The notes under the pieces were generated by a model. The model was given only the letters and a program-made list of their open reading frames with translations, was not told the DNA's origin and did not search any database. Shown one piece after another: positions 42,643 to 55,787 of a stretch of 64,000 bases of DNA. Source of the stretch: Felis catus (taxonomy: Eukaryota); contig NC_058368.1 of assembly GCF_018350175.1 (NCBI RefSeq), forward strand, positions 156,800,001 to 156,864,000, read 5' to 3'. Every line of letters begins with the position of its first letter. Position 1 is the first letter of the stretch. Made by a program: the position numbers and the translations under genes.

Positions 42643-42856
42643 TTTTTTTTTTTAATGTTTAGTTATTTTTGAGACAGAGAGAGACAGAGCATGAATGGGG
42701 GAGGGTCAGAGAGAGGGAGACACAGAATCCGAAACAGGCTCCAGGCTCCAAGCTGTCAGCACAGAGCCCGACGCGGGGCTCGAACTCACAGACCGCGAGA
42801 TCATGACCTGAGCCAAAGTGGGCCGCTTAACCGACTGAGCCACCCAGGTGCCCCCA
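42643..42856 (-). mobile_element. SINEC (Fc-type)
   Basis: Reverse-complement head and TSD agtc(g/a)tagtact. Confidence 0.95.
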
Positions 42857-43963
42857 GTCATAGTACTCCTTAACAGGTATTGAGCAATACTGTATATTCA
42901 GTAGTGTACAAACCTTGTCTTGACATTTAAATATCTAGAATTTTTCTGATTTGCTACTCTGATTCAAGAGATGTATCATATCACAGAAATTGTACTTTTT
43001 GTTTTAAGGCAATTAAATGTAGGTATTGTCCTCTTAATGATAAAATAGAATTTTGATGCACTAGAATTTGGTCTTTTTTTCTCAGTTTGCTTCCATTGCA
43101 GGAACTTCTCTGTAGGAAAAAGAGATGAACCTAAGAAAAAGGACATGACTGGGTTTTGTAGCACCGATTAGCTGCGTGTCTTGGGGCATATTCATAATTT
43201 TTTGGGTCTCATTTCTCTCTCTGTAAAAAAGGAGGATTTAATTAAGTGATAGTAGAGAATCACTAATTTTCTCTTAATTTAAATCTGTCACATTAATTAC
43301 CTCCTGCTTTTATTTTGAAAAGGTACTTTTTTTATAGCTTTTCTAGTTTAAGAAGTTTTGATTAATGTACTGTAATGGCAATCAATTTTTATTTTCTCTA
43401 ATTGGTAACTCTGAAATTCTTTGTATATATGATTTATTACTTCTGAATGAGAGTTCATATATTCAATTTTCCATGACTTCATAGCGAGTCAGGAAAGGAA
43501 CCAGCCCTGTTATACAGTGATGGTGTTCCTGAGCTCTGCATGATTTTCCTTGAAAACACATTGAGCTTTTTTCCTTTATCTTCATCAAGAGTATAAAATT
43601 AAAGTGGTAGAATTATTGGTCTCCATCAAAAAAAAAACAAAAAAAAAAAAAAAGAAAAAAGAGACCTAATTGTATAAAACATTTAACTCACATTAAATTT
43701 CTATTTTATCTTTTTACCACTTTCCTTCTTTATTTTCAGGAGAGGTTTACAAACAGACCCTTAGCAAATTCTCACTTTCCATTTCTGCAGTAAGTGTCCT
43801 GGGGTTTTAAATGCTGAAGTTCACTAGAGAGGGTAGGATTAAAGAAAACATTTGCCAGTAAACAAATCTCTTCCAAAATAAAATGTTTCATACAACAAAT
43901 TAATAATTAAACATCCAAGCACAATTATGTCATCAACTCTTTAATTTGCTTACTCATAATTCT

Positions 43964-44165
43964 AGGGTTATCAGATAAAATACAGGATGTCTAGTTAAGT
44001 TTGGATTACAGATGAACAGTGAATAAAGCTTTCGTATAACATGCACATAATTTTTAGAACATACTTATACTAAAATTTATTTTTATAAATGATTACTATA
44101 TTAAAAATTATTACTATTTATCCAAAAATCTATATTTAACTAGGTGTCATATATATATTGTTTGT
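43964..44165. mobile_element. MER33-like hAT-Charlie fragment
   Basis: agggttatcagataaaatacaggatgtctagttaagtttggatt...catacttatactaaaa. Confidence 0.7.
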
Positions 44166-44184
44166 TTGGGGTTTTTTAAGGCAT

Positions 44185-44455
44185 GTATAATACTATAATA
44201 GTGGTAGATAAATGTCACTATACAATTGTCAGAACCCATAGAATGTACAACACCAAGAGTGAACCCCCATAGAAACTATGCCGAGGGCGGTATGTCAGTA
44301 TGGGTTTATCATTTGTAACAAATGTGCCACTGTGGTAAGGGATGTCAATAGCAGGGTTTCCGGGAAAGAAGGAGAGGGAATATATGGACCTCTGTACTTT
44401 CAGCTCAATTTTGCTTTGAACCTAAAACCACTCTAAGAAAGTTTTCAGTTAAAAA
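44185..44455 (+). mobile_element. Old L1MC-like 3' end
   Basis: gtcagaacccatagaatgtacaacaccaagagtgaaccc...ctcaattttgctttgaacctaaaaccactct. Confidence 0.8.
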
Positions 44456-44499
44456 CAAAGAATCTGTTGAGAGACACAAAGATCAGGAATATTTAGATT

Positions 44500-44702
44500 T
44501 TTAAAAAAATTTTATTTCTTTTGAGAGAGAGAGAGAGAGCATGGAGGAGTGGCAGATAAAGAGGGAGAGAGAGAATCCCAAACAGACTCCACACTGTCAG
44601 CACACAGCCCGATGTGGGGCTTGGACTCACAAACTGTGAAATCATGACCTGACCTGAAATCAAGACTTGAATGCTTAACTGACTGAGCCACCCAGAGGCC
44701 CC
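44500..44702 (-). mobile_element. SINEC
   Basis: Reverse-complement head and TSD aagatcagga(a/c)tattta. Confidence 0.92.
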
Positions 44703-45354
44703 TGAAGATCAGGACTATTTAAATGAATATGCAAATAGAGCAAAAAACTGTTCCACAGGGGAGAAGAAAAGCCAATTGAATTTCCATTGGATAAAACAGA
44801 ATTTGCCTGTTAGTAGACAGAAGTTATTTTGCATTGCTCTTGATCATCTGTAATTTAAAGAGTTCTAACTAGACTTTGTAGAATCAGAATCAAATGACCC
44901 TGAAAGATATCTTCTAGAATTGAAAAAAATGCACTGAAATACAAATATTATCCTACCCTGGTTCCTCCTTTCCTTTTATAGTTCTATAGACTTAATTCCA
45001 AGAGAGGAAACCAGTAAGTAGCTCATGCTGATTCACCTTTTCCTGAAAGTCAGAATTAGAGGTGAACCCAATCTACTTCAGTAACTTCTACAAATTTATC
45101 ATTATTTCTCTTCTACTCTTGATACCCTTTCTTGTTTTTCAGGAATATTATGGAAGTTTCTTTTGAAAAATGCAAAAATAATGGCAACATTTTTCTATTC
45201 TTTTAAGGTATTAGGAATTCACAGTCAGTAAGCCCTGTTGAAAATAATCAGGTACTTATTATTTTTTTTATTTTTATTTTTTTATTCCTTTAACCCTAGA
45301 AATTTAGAGACAAAGCCTTATAATATATATTTACAGTATATGCATGCAAAATGC

Positions 45355-45427
45355 TTTTCTTTTCTTTTCAATATATGAAGTTTATTGTCAAATTGGTTTC
45401 CATACAACACCCAGTGCTCATCCCAAA
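45355..45427 (-). mobile_element. Extremely 5'-truncated young feline L1 3' tip
   Basis: Reverse complement closely matches 62591-62660 of the young L1 in this window (tttgggatgagcactgggtgttgtatggaaaccaat..gacaataaa). Confidence 0.9.
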
Positions 45428-45604
45428 TTATTTTTTTTAATTTAACACAATTATAAATACTTTTTGACATAATCTAATAATTTTAGATTTCCATTTTTAA
45501 AAATATATTATTGCATACTTCAGTTTAAATTTACATTGATAACAGCTAGATGTTGTTTTAGGACTGAAAATATTTTATCTAAATAATAATGGTTAAATAT
45601 TTCA

Positions 45605-45810
45605 GGGGTGCTTTGGTGGCTCAGTTGATGCAGCGTCGGACTTTGGCTCAGGTCATGATCCCACGGTTGCCTTTGAGCCTTGCATCAGGCTCTCTGCTAT
45701 TAGGAGAGAGCCTGCTTCAGATCCTCTGTTCCCCTCTTTTTCTGCCCCTCCCCCACTCCTTCTCTCTTCCTCTGTCTCTCAAAAATAAATAAACGTTAAA
45801 AATGTTTTTC
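45605..45810 (+). mobile_element. SINEC
   Basis: Head, CT-rich body and tail. Confidence 0.9.
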
Positions 45811-46054
45811 AGAAAGAATGATATAAGTATTCTGAACGATATAAATTCTCAAATCTATTATCAATTTGATATATTACATATCGAATGTCACCATTTGATG
45901 ATACAGCATTCTGCTTGATTTAACGCCTTTTATAGTTTCAAAATACATATATATTAATGGTCTTCACTTGCACCTCTGTCTTTAGTCACTTAATGGTCTA
46001 TGTTTTTATTTACTTAAATCTGGTAACTCTTCTTAATTCCTATTTTTAAAAGGA

Positions 46055-46480
46055 ATTATGTAGTCAATGTGATAACAGCTGCTGAACATAACAAGTGGTC
46101 TAACTCAACATACATCTGTTTCTCACTTTCTAATGTGAATGTTCCTAGTTGGCAGGTGGTTTCTCTCTATATGGTTATTCAAGGACCCAAGTTCCTCCCA
46201 TTTGGTGGCTCTGCCATCCCAAGGGACTTAGACGGAGTCCTTTGCATCCAGCTGACAGAAAGAGGGAGAAGGATGGATAAGGCACACCTACTTCTTAACT
46301 GCCTGGACCCAGAAGTCACCTTTCTAATCACAAGTCATTAGTGAGAAGCAGTCATCTGGCTCCACCTAGATTAAACAAAGGCTGAAAAATACAATATTTT
46401 GCTGGATAGTGACCTCCCAGAGACAACACTACATAATGAAATAGAGATGACATTTTGATGAAATAGTTAGTCATTTGTAT
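46055..46480 (-). mobile_element. Old MaLR (MLT1J-L-like) LTR
   Basis: ggttattcaaggacccaagttcctcccatttggtggctctgccatc...cccagaagtcac...agtcatctggctccacctaga. Confidence 0.65.
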
Positions 46481-48304
46481 CCTCAGTTTGAAACCAAAGG
46501 AAACAAACACAATAATCACCCTAGACTATACCACTTTGTATTTTGGAAAGATAAAAACACTGAACATATTTACAGCCTTCTCTCTTTGCATAAATGGTAC
46601 GGCAATCTGTGGTATTTAATAAATAGTAGAAATGAAGCTGGCCAAGTTGATGGTTTTGTGCAGAATTGTCTCTTGATAAAAAAAATGATTATGTACACAT
46701 ACCAATCTATGTCAAAGATCTATCATGAGAATCAACAAGATAATAGGTGTGAATTGCTTTGAGGAACTCAAATGCCATTCACACATAAAATCGAAACATA
46801 CATCATAACTGCTGACTCCTCAGAGGATCTAGCTGTTTGCTGCAAAGACCACCAGCAGCCAAATCCTCCCTTATTCTGGCTTGTGATGCAGCTGTTAACC
46901 CTTGAAGTCTGCTGGAAACTCAACCACAAGGATGAACCATGGCCTGCTTGTTCTAACCTATGAGTCTCCATGATTCCACCTCAGGGGATTCAGTTCCTTG
47001 CTTGCTCATGCCTGGTCTGAAATGAAACGAAGACATAGTTTTGTACTTTCTGGTTCTGACTCTTTTCTGTGTCTTTGCCCATGTTGGATTTCTACACACT
47101 GCTTCTGATCTCTCCACTTGGTCCAGAATTTTGCGTTCAACCTGCCTCACTTTCAGCACTTGTAATGACCACAGTAACACCCCTTTCTTTGTAACTGGGT
47201 TCCTGGTCAAAGTTTCCATATCCACATTCTTAACATTTCTCTTGCCAGCTCCAGTCCTCATGGGCACTGATATTAAATCTCCAGCCACTGTTGAGAAACT
47301 GCATTCCCTGAATTAAGTCTTTATAAAAGCATTCTCCCAACATATTTGAAATGACAGAAGGTCACCTCTTGCTCCCCATACCAGTAACAATGAGCTCCAG
47401 TCTTATATGGCAGTGAGAATTGCTCAGATTGCTTGAGATCTGGCTTTCTACACTTTTTCCCCCAAGGAGAAAGTGGAATTAGTGTTAACTTTTTTCTATG
47501 TCACTCAAAGGAATTCCTCTCTCATTTTTCTTCTTTCGTAAGAGCTTTAAGTGCTCCAAAGAGGTGAGCCTGCTCTATAAGCACTCAGCTCTTTAGATCA
47601 AAATGTTCCTCCTCAATAGTAATGTAATCACATGCAAGTTTTTCATGGAAACACTTAAAAGCTAGATTCTTGCAACATTTCGTGTCCTTTGGCTAAATTC
47701 TTAACCTCTTTTGTCAAAAGCAGTTCATAATTCTTGTTACCTTTAATACTCTTTCCTGTGTTGGTAGCTTCACTGAGGATTTTATTCTATTTAACTACCA
47801 GAGTGCTAGAAAGCCCTCCCTGACCTTCACAGGCACAGATGAATTACAATTCTTCATCCTCCATCATTTATTTGGTGCCTGTATGATGTCTGGCACCAGG
47901 AGGCACTGCAGAGATTTACCAAGATGTAAAATTTGATCTTTGTTTGTGGTGCCTGGTCCATAATCTACACAAAATATATATGTGCTGAATGAATAATGAA
48001 GTGAATGAGGACTACTAGTTTGGGAATTTCTGTGCTGCTGTGCGCCATCTCCTTGCATTGAGGCTTAGGACCTCACTACTCACCTATTGCCCCGTTGGCA
48101 GGGCAGTGTTACTAAAGGGCAAATCTCCAAGAATTCATGAGTGCAAAGGGCTCTGTTCACAGAAAGTAATTTACACAAGTTATATACCAAATAATAAAAA
48201 AATGTTTTCTGCCATTTTTCTTAAGGAAAAGAAATTGTGTTTTGAGGTATTTTGTTTATATCAATTGTCGAAGTGAACACTGTCACTTATTTTACTTGGA
48301 ATTA

Positions 48305-48906
48305 TAATTGACCCTTGAACAACACAGGTTTAAACTGAAGGGTCTGGGCCCCTGGGTGGCTCAGTCGGTTAAAAGTCCTACCTCGGCTCAGGTCATGATC
48401 TCGCAGCTCATGGGTTCGACCCACGTCGGGCTCTGTGCTGACAGCTCAGAGCCTGGGCCCTGCTTTGGATTCTGTTCCTCCCCTGCTCACTGTTCCTGAG
48501 CAGTTCTCTGTTCCTCTGTTCCTCCCCTGCTCACTCTGTTCCTCCCCTGCTCACGCTCTGTCTCTCTCTCTCAAAAATAAGATTTAAAAAAATGTTAAAA
48601 AAAATAAACTTCAGGGTCCACTTACATGGGGTTTTTCCAATAAATATACGTACAGTACTATAAATGTATTTTCTCTTCCTGATGACTTTCCTCATAACAT
48701 TCTCTAGCTTACTTTGCTGTAAGAATACAGAATATAATATATAACATAAAAAATATGTGTTAATTGACTATTTGTTATTGGTAAGCCTTTCAGCCAACAG
48801 TAGGCTATTCGTAGTTAACTTTTTGGGAAGTCAGAAGTAATATGTGGATTTTTGACTGTGCAGGGGGTTGGTACCACTCACCCCCATGTTGTACTAGGGT
48901 CAATTG
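48305..48906. mobile_element. Tigger2a-like TcMar MITE interrupted by a SINEC (48346-48605)
   Basis: TIRs taattgacccttgaacaac / gttgtactagggtcaattg with TA flanks. The SINE TSD is approximately aaact(g/t)(a/c)agggtc. Confidence 0.85.
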
Positions 48907-49599
48907 TACTTAGAACAAATAAAAGATATGATGTAGCATGAACAAAGACCGAGAGTGTTACCTTTTTTTTTTTTTAACTAGTTACTAAAACATGTACCTA
49001 GAAAATACATACTATTGAGTGACTAACATTAGGGCCAATGTGACTGTAAATGATTTCAATTACAACTCAGCACTTCCCCAGCCAGCAATAGTATAACTGG
49101 GTTATATCAAGAGTTGTTACTTGATATTTGCATTCAAAATGAAAGAATTAACTACATTACGATAGATATGGCAATTAAAAGCAGTGGATTTAGTATTTAG
49201 TCACTAATATTAAAATATTATCAGAGAGAACTGTTTATGAGAGAATGGAACAAAGGCAGGAAATTTGCATCTAAAGGGAATAACTGCAAATGACTCACCT
49301 CAAGTATGAACATCATGTGCATTCTCAGTGTTTATGGGAATAAAGCTTAAACGGCTTATCTAGGTACACAGGGCATACTATACTCTGATCCCAGCAATCA
49401 TGTCCAGTCTCAGTTCCACTTTCTCTTCTCTTTTGCCTCATGGCCACATGATTGTTTAACAGATTATAAACTCACACGTATAGGCAGAGTGCCTAATTAG
49501 CATTTTAGTGCTTAACTCTTAAATACTAACACGTAGGGAAGGACCATCACACATTTAGGGAAAGCCACAGACATGAAAGAGACTCAACCAAATAAACTA

Positions 49600-50900
49600 C
49601 AAAAGCAACTTAGAATAAATAGAGACCATGCAGAGCACAGAAGAATACTTTAAAAAAATGCGTTTTAGTTAACTGTCACAGAGACAGAGAAGAAAGAAAG
49701 AAAAAGAAACAGGATTCTATAAAAAAGACATAATCAGAGAATAAGAAGGAGCAACTAGAAATTTAAAAAAATAAAAGAATAGAAATTAAAAATAAGTCAG
49801 TAAGTAAAAGATCTGGAAGATAAAGCCTTGGACATCTTTCAGAAAGTAGAACAAAGTAGATCAACAGATGGATTACAATAAAAAGAAAATTAAAGGCTCA
49901 ATTGAGAAGGCCCAATATCCGACTAATTTGCTCAGTGACAGCCATGCTTTCACTGCTGTGACTTCAAGCCAGAATCACTGGCAGAGAGAAGGTGCTTAAT
50001 AACTATATTTGTTGAATAAAAGAGTGACCGTTCCACAGAGAACAGAGAGCTAGCAATGGAAGTGGAAGAAGAGCAAAAACTTCATTTCCAAAAATGAACA
50101 TCCATCATATGAAATGGCCCACAAAATGTCTGGAATAACTATTTTTAAAAACTTCACATTTGTGCTCATTATCTTGCAATTTCAGAATAAGAGCTAAGGT
50201 AAAGATCCTAAAAGCCCAAGAGCAAAATCAGATCTATTACAGAGAATGAGAAACAAAAATGGCTTCAACTTCTCAAAGAAACATTAGAAGCTCAAAGTCA
50301 AAAGAATACCATCTTCAAATGTTAAGAGAAAATGATTTCTTCACTGAGTACTATTAATCAGATGGTAGGACAAAGACATTTTTGTGTGTGAAAAGAGAAA
50401 ATTTCTGTCGCAAAAATTTTTTTCTCAAAAAACTAATGGAGGATATGTCCTACCAAAAACAAAGAACTAAACCAAGAAAAAGATTCACACAGACACTGAA
50501 GTGGGATCCAGCCTAAATGAGATGAAACAGTAACTCCAAGCTGCTAGCAAAAGGAGCCGCTTTGGATGACACAGGTTCAGCGAGCTGAAAGAGCAACTGG
50601 TTCAGATGGAAGCCAGGGATGGAATATTCCAGCAAGAATGTCTCTAAGAAAAGAAAAAAAAAAAAAAAGGAGCAGTAGATTTGACAAGTTAGACTACATG
50701 AAAAACTATAGTTATTGGAAAGTGTGTAAAAACATAATACAGATTCAAAGAAAACTAAACAAAAAAAATTAGGAAAATAAGTTACACATGAAAGGAAATG
50801 AAACTGGGAAATACATTTACACAGTACGAAACTAAAATCACTGACAATGCATTTAATATAAAATTTAACCAAAGTTCACTGGGAGAACGTGTAGAGGGGA
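49600..50900 (+). mobile_element. Very old L1/HAL1 ORF1-region remnant
   Basis: A-rich strand with ORF1-like motifs (gaaggcccaatatccgactaat; atggcttcaacttctcaaagaaacattagaagct). Confidence 0.6.
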
Positions 50901-51811
50901 TGAGAGAACTAAAATCCTCATTTTAGGACTAAAGGAAGAGGGGAAGCTACAGGCTGTGTCAAGAAAGTTAGGGAAACATCAACAGCTTTTCATTCCAAGC
51001 CATGGATCATTATGTGACCTATGGATCATGATGTTTCAAGCTAAATAAATACATTTTTTAAGAAGTGATATAATGTAATTAACAGACTGGCAACACTAAT
51101 TTTGAAAAATCGTATTTAATCACTGAATTTGGCATATGTGGGACTTAAAAATTAGAAGTTCATTGAATTTAATCAGAAATGGCTTAGCTGAACACTTTTA
51201 AAAAAGCTGTTTCCACATGCAGCCATCTGAAAAAAATACCATTGTGATAAGCAATAACAACACAAGCCATGTCTGTTTGGCTTAGTCCAGCCGTTAACGG
51301 CTGGTCAATCTGGGGGCCAGGCAGCCTTCCTCCACTTACTAACAGCATGGCCTCAGGCAAGTGACTCCAGCAATAGGGTCTCACTCAATTCATATGTAAA
51401 ATGTGACAGTTCTGCTAGTTACTTCCTAAGGTCGCTGTGTGGATTCAGAGAGCTATTTCGTGGAGAGCAGGGAGAACCACGCCAGGCAAAATGTCAGCAC
51501 TCAAGAAATTTCCAATTACCATTTTTAATTATTCTAAAATACAAAAGAAAAAAGGTCTACAAACCAACAGAATATTTACTGAATTCACGTACAAATTTTA
51601 TTGGGTTATTAGAAAGCCATTTGTAATTTCTACCCTTATTGTATTAGCCATCCATTGGATTCTTTATTTTTTCCCGTTGTGTCCCCCTATCTTTTTTACT
51701 TCAACATTTATTATATTATTGGGACAAATGTTAAGTTTTTGGTAAGCGAGAAGAAAATGGCTATGCTTAAGTGAAGATCCATGCTTAAGAATGTAAGTAA
51801 TGCATAAATAT

Positions 51812-52841
51812 TCATGTGGAGAACAAAGACAAAAGACAAAAAAAATTAAGCTTCCTTACAATTACAGCCCATTGACAAGTACTTGAGATAGGCAGAGTGA
51901 CCTGCCTCCAGGAACTCAACCTCCTAGATATTAACATTCTGCTAGAGGCAAAAGGCAACCTTAGCTTGACATCAGCCCAACCTCCAGGACCCTGTAAGTC
52001 TTAACATATGAAAACCCTTTTGGAAACATCCTTTACCTCTTCCCCCACCCTAAGACATATGTTACCAATCGTCCTCCAAACATATGGCCCCCTGATATAC
52101 ATTTGAAGGGTATGATTAATGTTTTAGTAGACAGTAGTAAATGACCTTATCTTAAATAGCAACTAGCCCCTCGAGGCCCTGAAAGCCTAGCTTCCAAATT
52201 ACTTAGAGACTTAAGCTATACCTCATCCCTTCTCAACTTAAAAGTATATAATCAGGGGGCACCTGGGTGGTTCAGTGTCTGACTCTGGCTCAGGTCATGA
52301 TCGCATGGTTGGGTTCATGAATTCAAGCCCTGCATAAAGACCCACTGCTGTCAGTGCAGAGCCTGCTTTGGATCCTCTTGTCCTCCTCTCTCTCTCTCTC
52401 TCAGCCCCTCCCCCACTCACGCACAGGCATGATCTCTCTCAAAAAAAAAAAAAAAAAAAAAAAAACTTAAAAAAAAGTATATAGTCAATCACTCCTCACA
52501 ACCCCAGTGCAGCTCTTTCTGTCCCCGTGCTTTAATAAAACCACTTTTTTTGTCCTGAAGACATCTCAGGAATTCTGTCTTGATGGGGCACCTGGATGGC
52601 TTAGTTGGTTAAGCATCTGACTACAGTGCAGGTCGTGTACTTGCAGTTCATGCGTTCAAGCCCCTAGGTGGGTTCTATGCTGACAGCTCTGAGCCTGAAG
52701 CCTGCTTCTGATTCTGTGTATCCCTCTCTCTCTGTCCCTCTCCTGCCCCTGCTCTCTCTCTCTCAAAAATAAATAAAAACATTAAAAAAAAAAAGAATTA
52801 TTTCTTGACTGTTTGCTCCTGGACCCCTACATTTCACATCA
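51812..52841 (+). mobile_element. Carnivore ERV1-type (CarLTR1-like) solo LTR with two SINEC insertions (52255-52475, 52585-52795)
   Basis: Terminal inverted repeat tcatgtg...cacatca and TSD AATAT (51807-51811 / 52842-52846). TATA-like gtatataa at ~52244 and AATAAA at ~52534. Each SINE has its own TSD. Confidence 0.85.
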
Positions 52842-54244
52842 AATATTACTTTAAAAAGTACGAAATAAATAACTTCAATACCACTGAAGAAAAGAATACA
52901 AGACAACACTTATTTTTCAAATACAATGGGGGGAAAAACAGAATTAAACTCATGTTGTGCCTTTAAACCAAGTTTTTGAGTGAAAAATTACAAGTGAAAA
53001 TCATCCTGTGAGACTGTAATTCATTCATCAATGTTGAATACAAGCACTTGAAACCTTTCCAGCTCTTAATTCTATCCTGAACTGACAAGCTTCATTATTG
53101 TCAGGCGAATTTTAAACTAAGAGGAATAGTTTTGAACATTTGCTGCTCTTTAGCATAGCAAACACACAGGAAAAGGCACATCAGGATTTAAACCAATCTC
53201 CTGTTCTTAGACTCAGTTTGTTTTTCATTTGGAGTGACTGATCAGTACCTGTTCTACAAGTATTGATATCCTCAGCTCTATTTTTCATAAAGCTCTATTT
53301 TCAGTTGAGGAGAAAACAGAAGAATATTTTGGATGGGGGGAGGCACATGGAAGAAACTAGGAGAATTTCCAAAGTAAATCCTCCTACCTTGATGAAAAAA
53401 AAAAAAAACAAAAAACAACAACAACAACAAAAAAAATCAAACAAACAAAATCCCAATTTCTGTATCATAGAAAAATCCCACATTTAAATCAAATTCTAAA
53501 GGATTATGACTTTTGGTAAATACTTGAAATAGCTTCTAGGTAAATCCAGATTTGCAGTACAATTGCATTTTAAGTACAAGGGGAAATGCCTTTCCGCAGT
53601 TACATTTCCTCTACATAAACAAGGTATACTGGGGCAATCCTCAGAGGCCCCACCCACTCCTACCTGATGGGGTGTCCTTGGTCTCCACCAGCAACAATCC
53701 TATCCACCGCACAATACCCCTGGCAAATTTAGTTCAGCCTAAGAGAAACAAAAATTTAAAAAAGTTCTCAAACATAAAACAAAAACAGGAAAAATGACAC
53801 TTATATTGCCCTTTGTCTTCCAAGAATGCTACCAGGATATGAAGACACAATGGACAAAACACAGATTAAGAGGCAAGAAGTCTATTTCACACACCAAAAT
53901 CTGATTTACATTCATTCTCTGTGAAGTAGTGGTAGTTGCTATTTATACACCTTATTGCATCTTTAAATAAATAAAAAAAGGAGTTAATTGATGTGAAGGG
54001 ACTCAAAAACTGTCTTTATTATTCCAAATGATAAAACTTATGTTGTTAAAGAAATGTTTGTTGAGTATGCTCACCTCTGTTCTAGGTCTGAAGCACATAA
54101 CAATGAGCAATAGAAAGTCTTTGTCTCCAATGAACTTTCATTCAAAAAAAAATACATACACACACACACACACCCAATGTATTTATAAACATAGGCACAC
54201 AAGTATGTACCTATACATTATACATACTTATATATAATACATAT

Positions 54245-54281
54245 ATATTATCTATTCTCCGGAGGAAACACAACCAATTAG

Positions 54282-54321
<40 letters not shown>

Positions 54322-54991
54322 GTATTTTTTTAGATGTGTGTATACGTATATGTGGGGAGAAAGAGAGAGAATGAGAGAGACAATTTGCTCTTTTTTGTTT
54401 TTAAATTTATCTTTTTAAAGTTTATTCATTTATTTTGAGAGAGCGAGAGAGAGCAAGCATGAGCAGGAGATGGGTAGACAGAGAGCGAAAGAGAGAATCC
54501 AAGCAGGCTCCCCACTGTCAGCACAGAGCCCTACATGGGCCTGATCTCACAAACTGGGAGATCATGACCTGAGCCCAAACCAAGAGTCAGAGGCCTAACT
54601 GACTGAGCCACACAGGTGCCCCTAGAGAGAAATTTGTTCTAAGGAATTAGCTCATGTGATTTTGGAGGGCTGACAAGTCCAAAAACTGGTGAAGTAGGCT
54701 AGCAGACTGAAGACTCAGGGGAAGAGTTGCAGAATGAGTGCAAAAGCAGTCGGTTGGTAGAATTCCTTCTGGCTTGGGGGGAGGTGGTTAGTCTGTTCTA
54801 TTACAGCTTTTGACTAATTAGATGAGGTCTACCACATAATGGAAGGTAATCTGCTTTATTCGAAGTTCACTGGTTAAATGTCAGTCTCATACCAAAAACA
54901 TCCTCATAGAAACATCCATCCAAAAGACTGTTTCACCAAATATCCAGTCACTATGGCTTAGCCATGTTGACACATAAAATTAACCATCACA
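54245..54991 (-). mobile_element. MLT2 (ERVL) solo LTR containing (GT)n and an antisense SINEC (54390-54622)
   Basis: aaggaattagctcatgtgatt...ggctgacaagtcc...gacacataaaattaaccatcaca is the reverse complement of the MLT2 start. Confidence 0.88.
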
Positions 54992-55144
54992 TTATATAAA
55001 TACATGCAGCCCCTTGCTTGGCATGGTACTGTGGGACCATGAAAAGGTCTATGCAAGTTGCAACCATGTGGGGAAATAGGTTCAAGAATTCCTTATACTT
55101 ACATAAATTGGTTAAAAAAGTTTAGGGAAGGAAAAAAAAAAAGA

Positions 55145-55305
55145 GGGGGTGGCTGGGTGGCTCAGTCCGTTGAGCATCTGACTTCGGCTCAGGTCATGAT
55201 CTTGCAGTTCACGAGTTCGAGCCCCGCGTTGGGCTCTGTGCTGACAGCTCAGAGCCTGAAGCCTGCTTCAGATTCTGTGTCTCTCTCTCTCTGCCCCTCC
55301 CCTGC

Positions 55306-55364
<59 letters not shown>

Positions 55365-55390
55365 AATAAATAAAAACATTTAAAAAAAAA
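55145..55390 (+). mobile_element. SINEC inserted in the ERV 5' LTR
   Basis: Head, long (CT)n and A tail. Confidence 0.93.
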
Positions 55391-55769
55391 AGCTCAGGGC
55401 AGAAAGCCACCACCACAGGGCAAAAGCACCTAAGGTTAGTTAGCAAGACAGTATAATGGGATTGTGAGTAACTTGTTATATTATCTGCAGGAAACTACTT
55501 TCTATCTGGCTCCAATATACTTTGATCACAACTTCAAACTGCATTTGTTCCCCAGACCCTTTGCTTCTTACACACACGTTAATGATTACTATGTGATTGT
55601 TTTCTTCACATTCACCATGTGTAAGATCTTGAGAATGCAATAAATATGGAGACAAAAGCCCTGTTTGGAGTTCTTGTTTCCTCCCAAACATTAGCTTCTC
55701 TCTTATTCAATTCTGCATTCCCTCTCTTGCTGGACAAGAAAGAACTCCAGACTTATAGTCTGTGACAGT

Positions 55770-55787
55770 TGGTGACCCTGATGTGGA
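55770..55787 (+). promoter_or_regulatory. Primer binding site, tRNA-Trp type
   Basis: TGGTGACCCTGATGTGGA lies 2 nt after the LTR CA. The tRNA-Trp PBS is TGGTGACCCCGACGTGAT, and the internal differences are CpG>TpG. Confidence 0.8.

Noticed and set aside
46740..47320. Overlapping ORFs on both strands suggesting a processed pseudogene
   Set aside because: There is no recognisable protein similarity, polyA or TSD.
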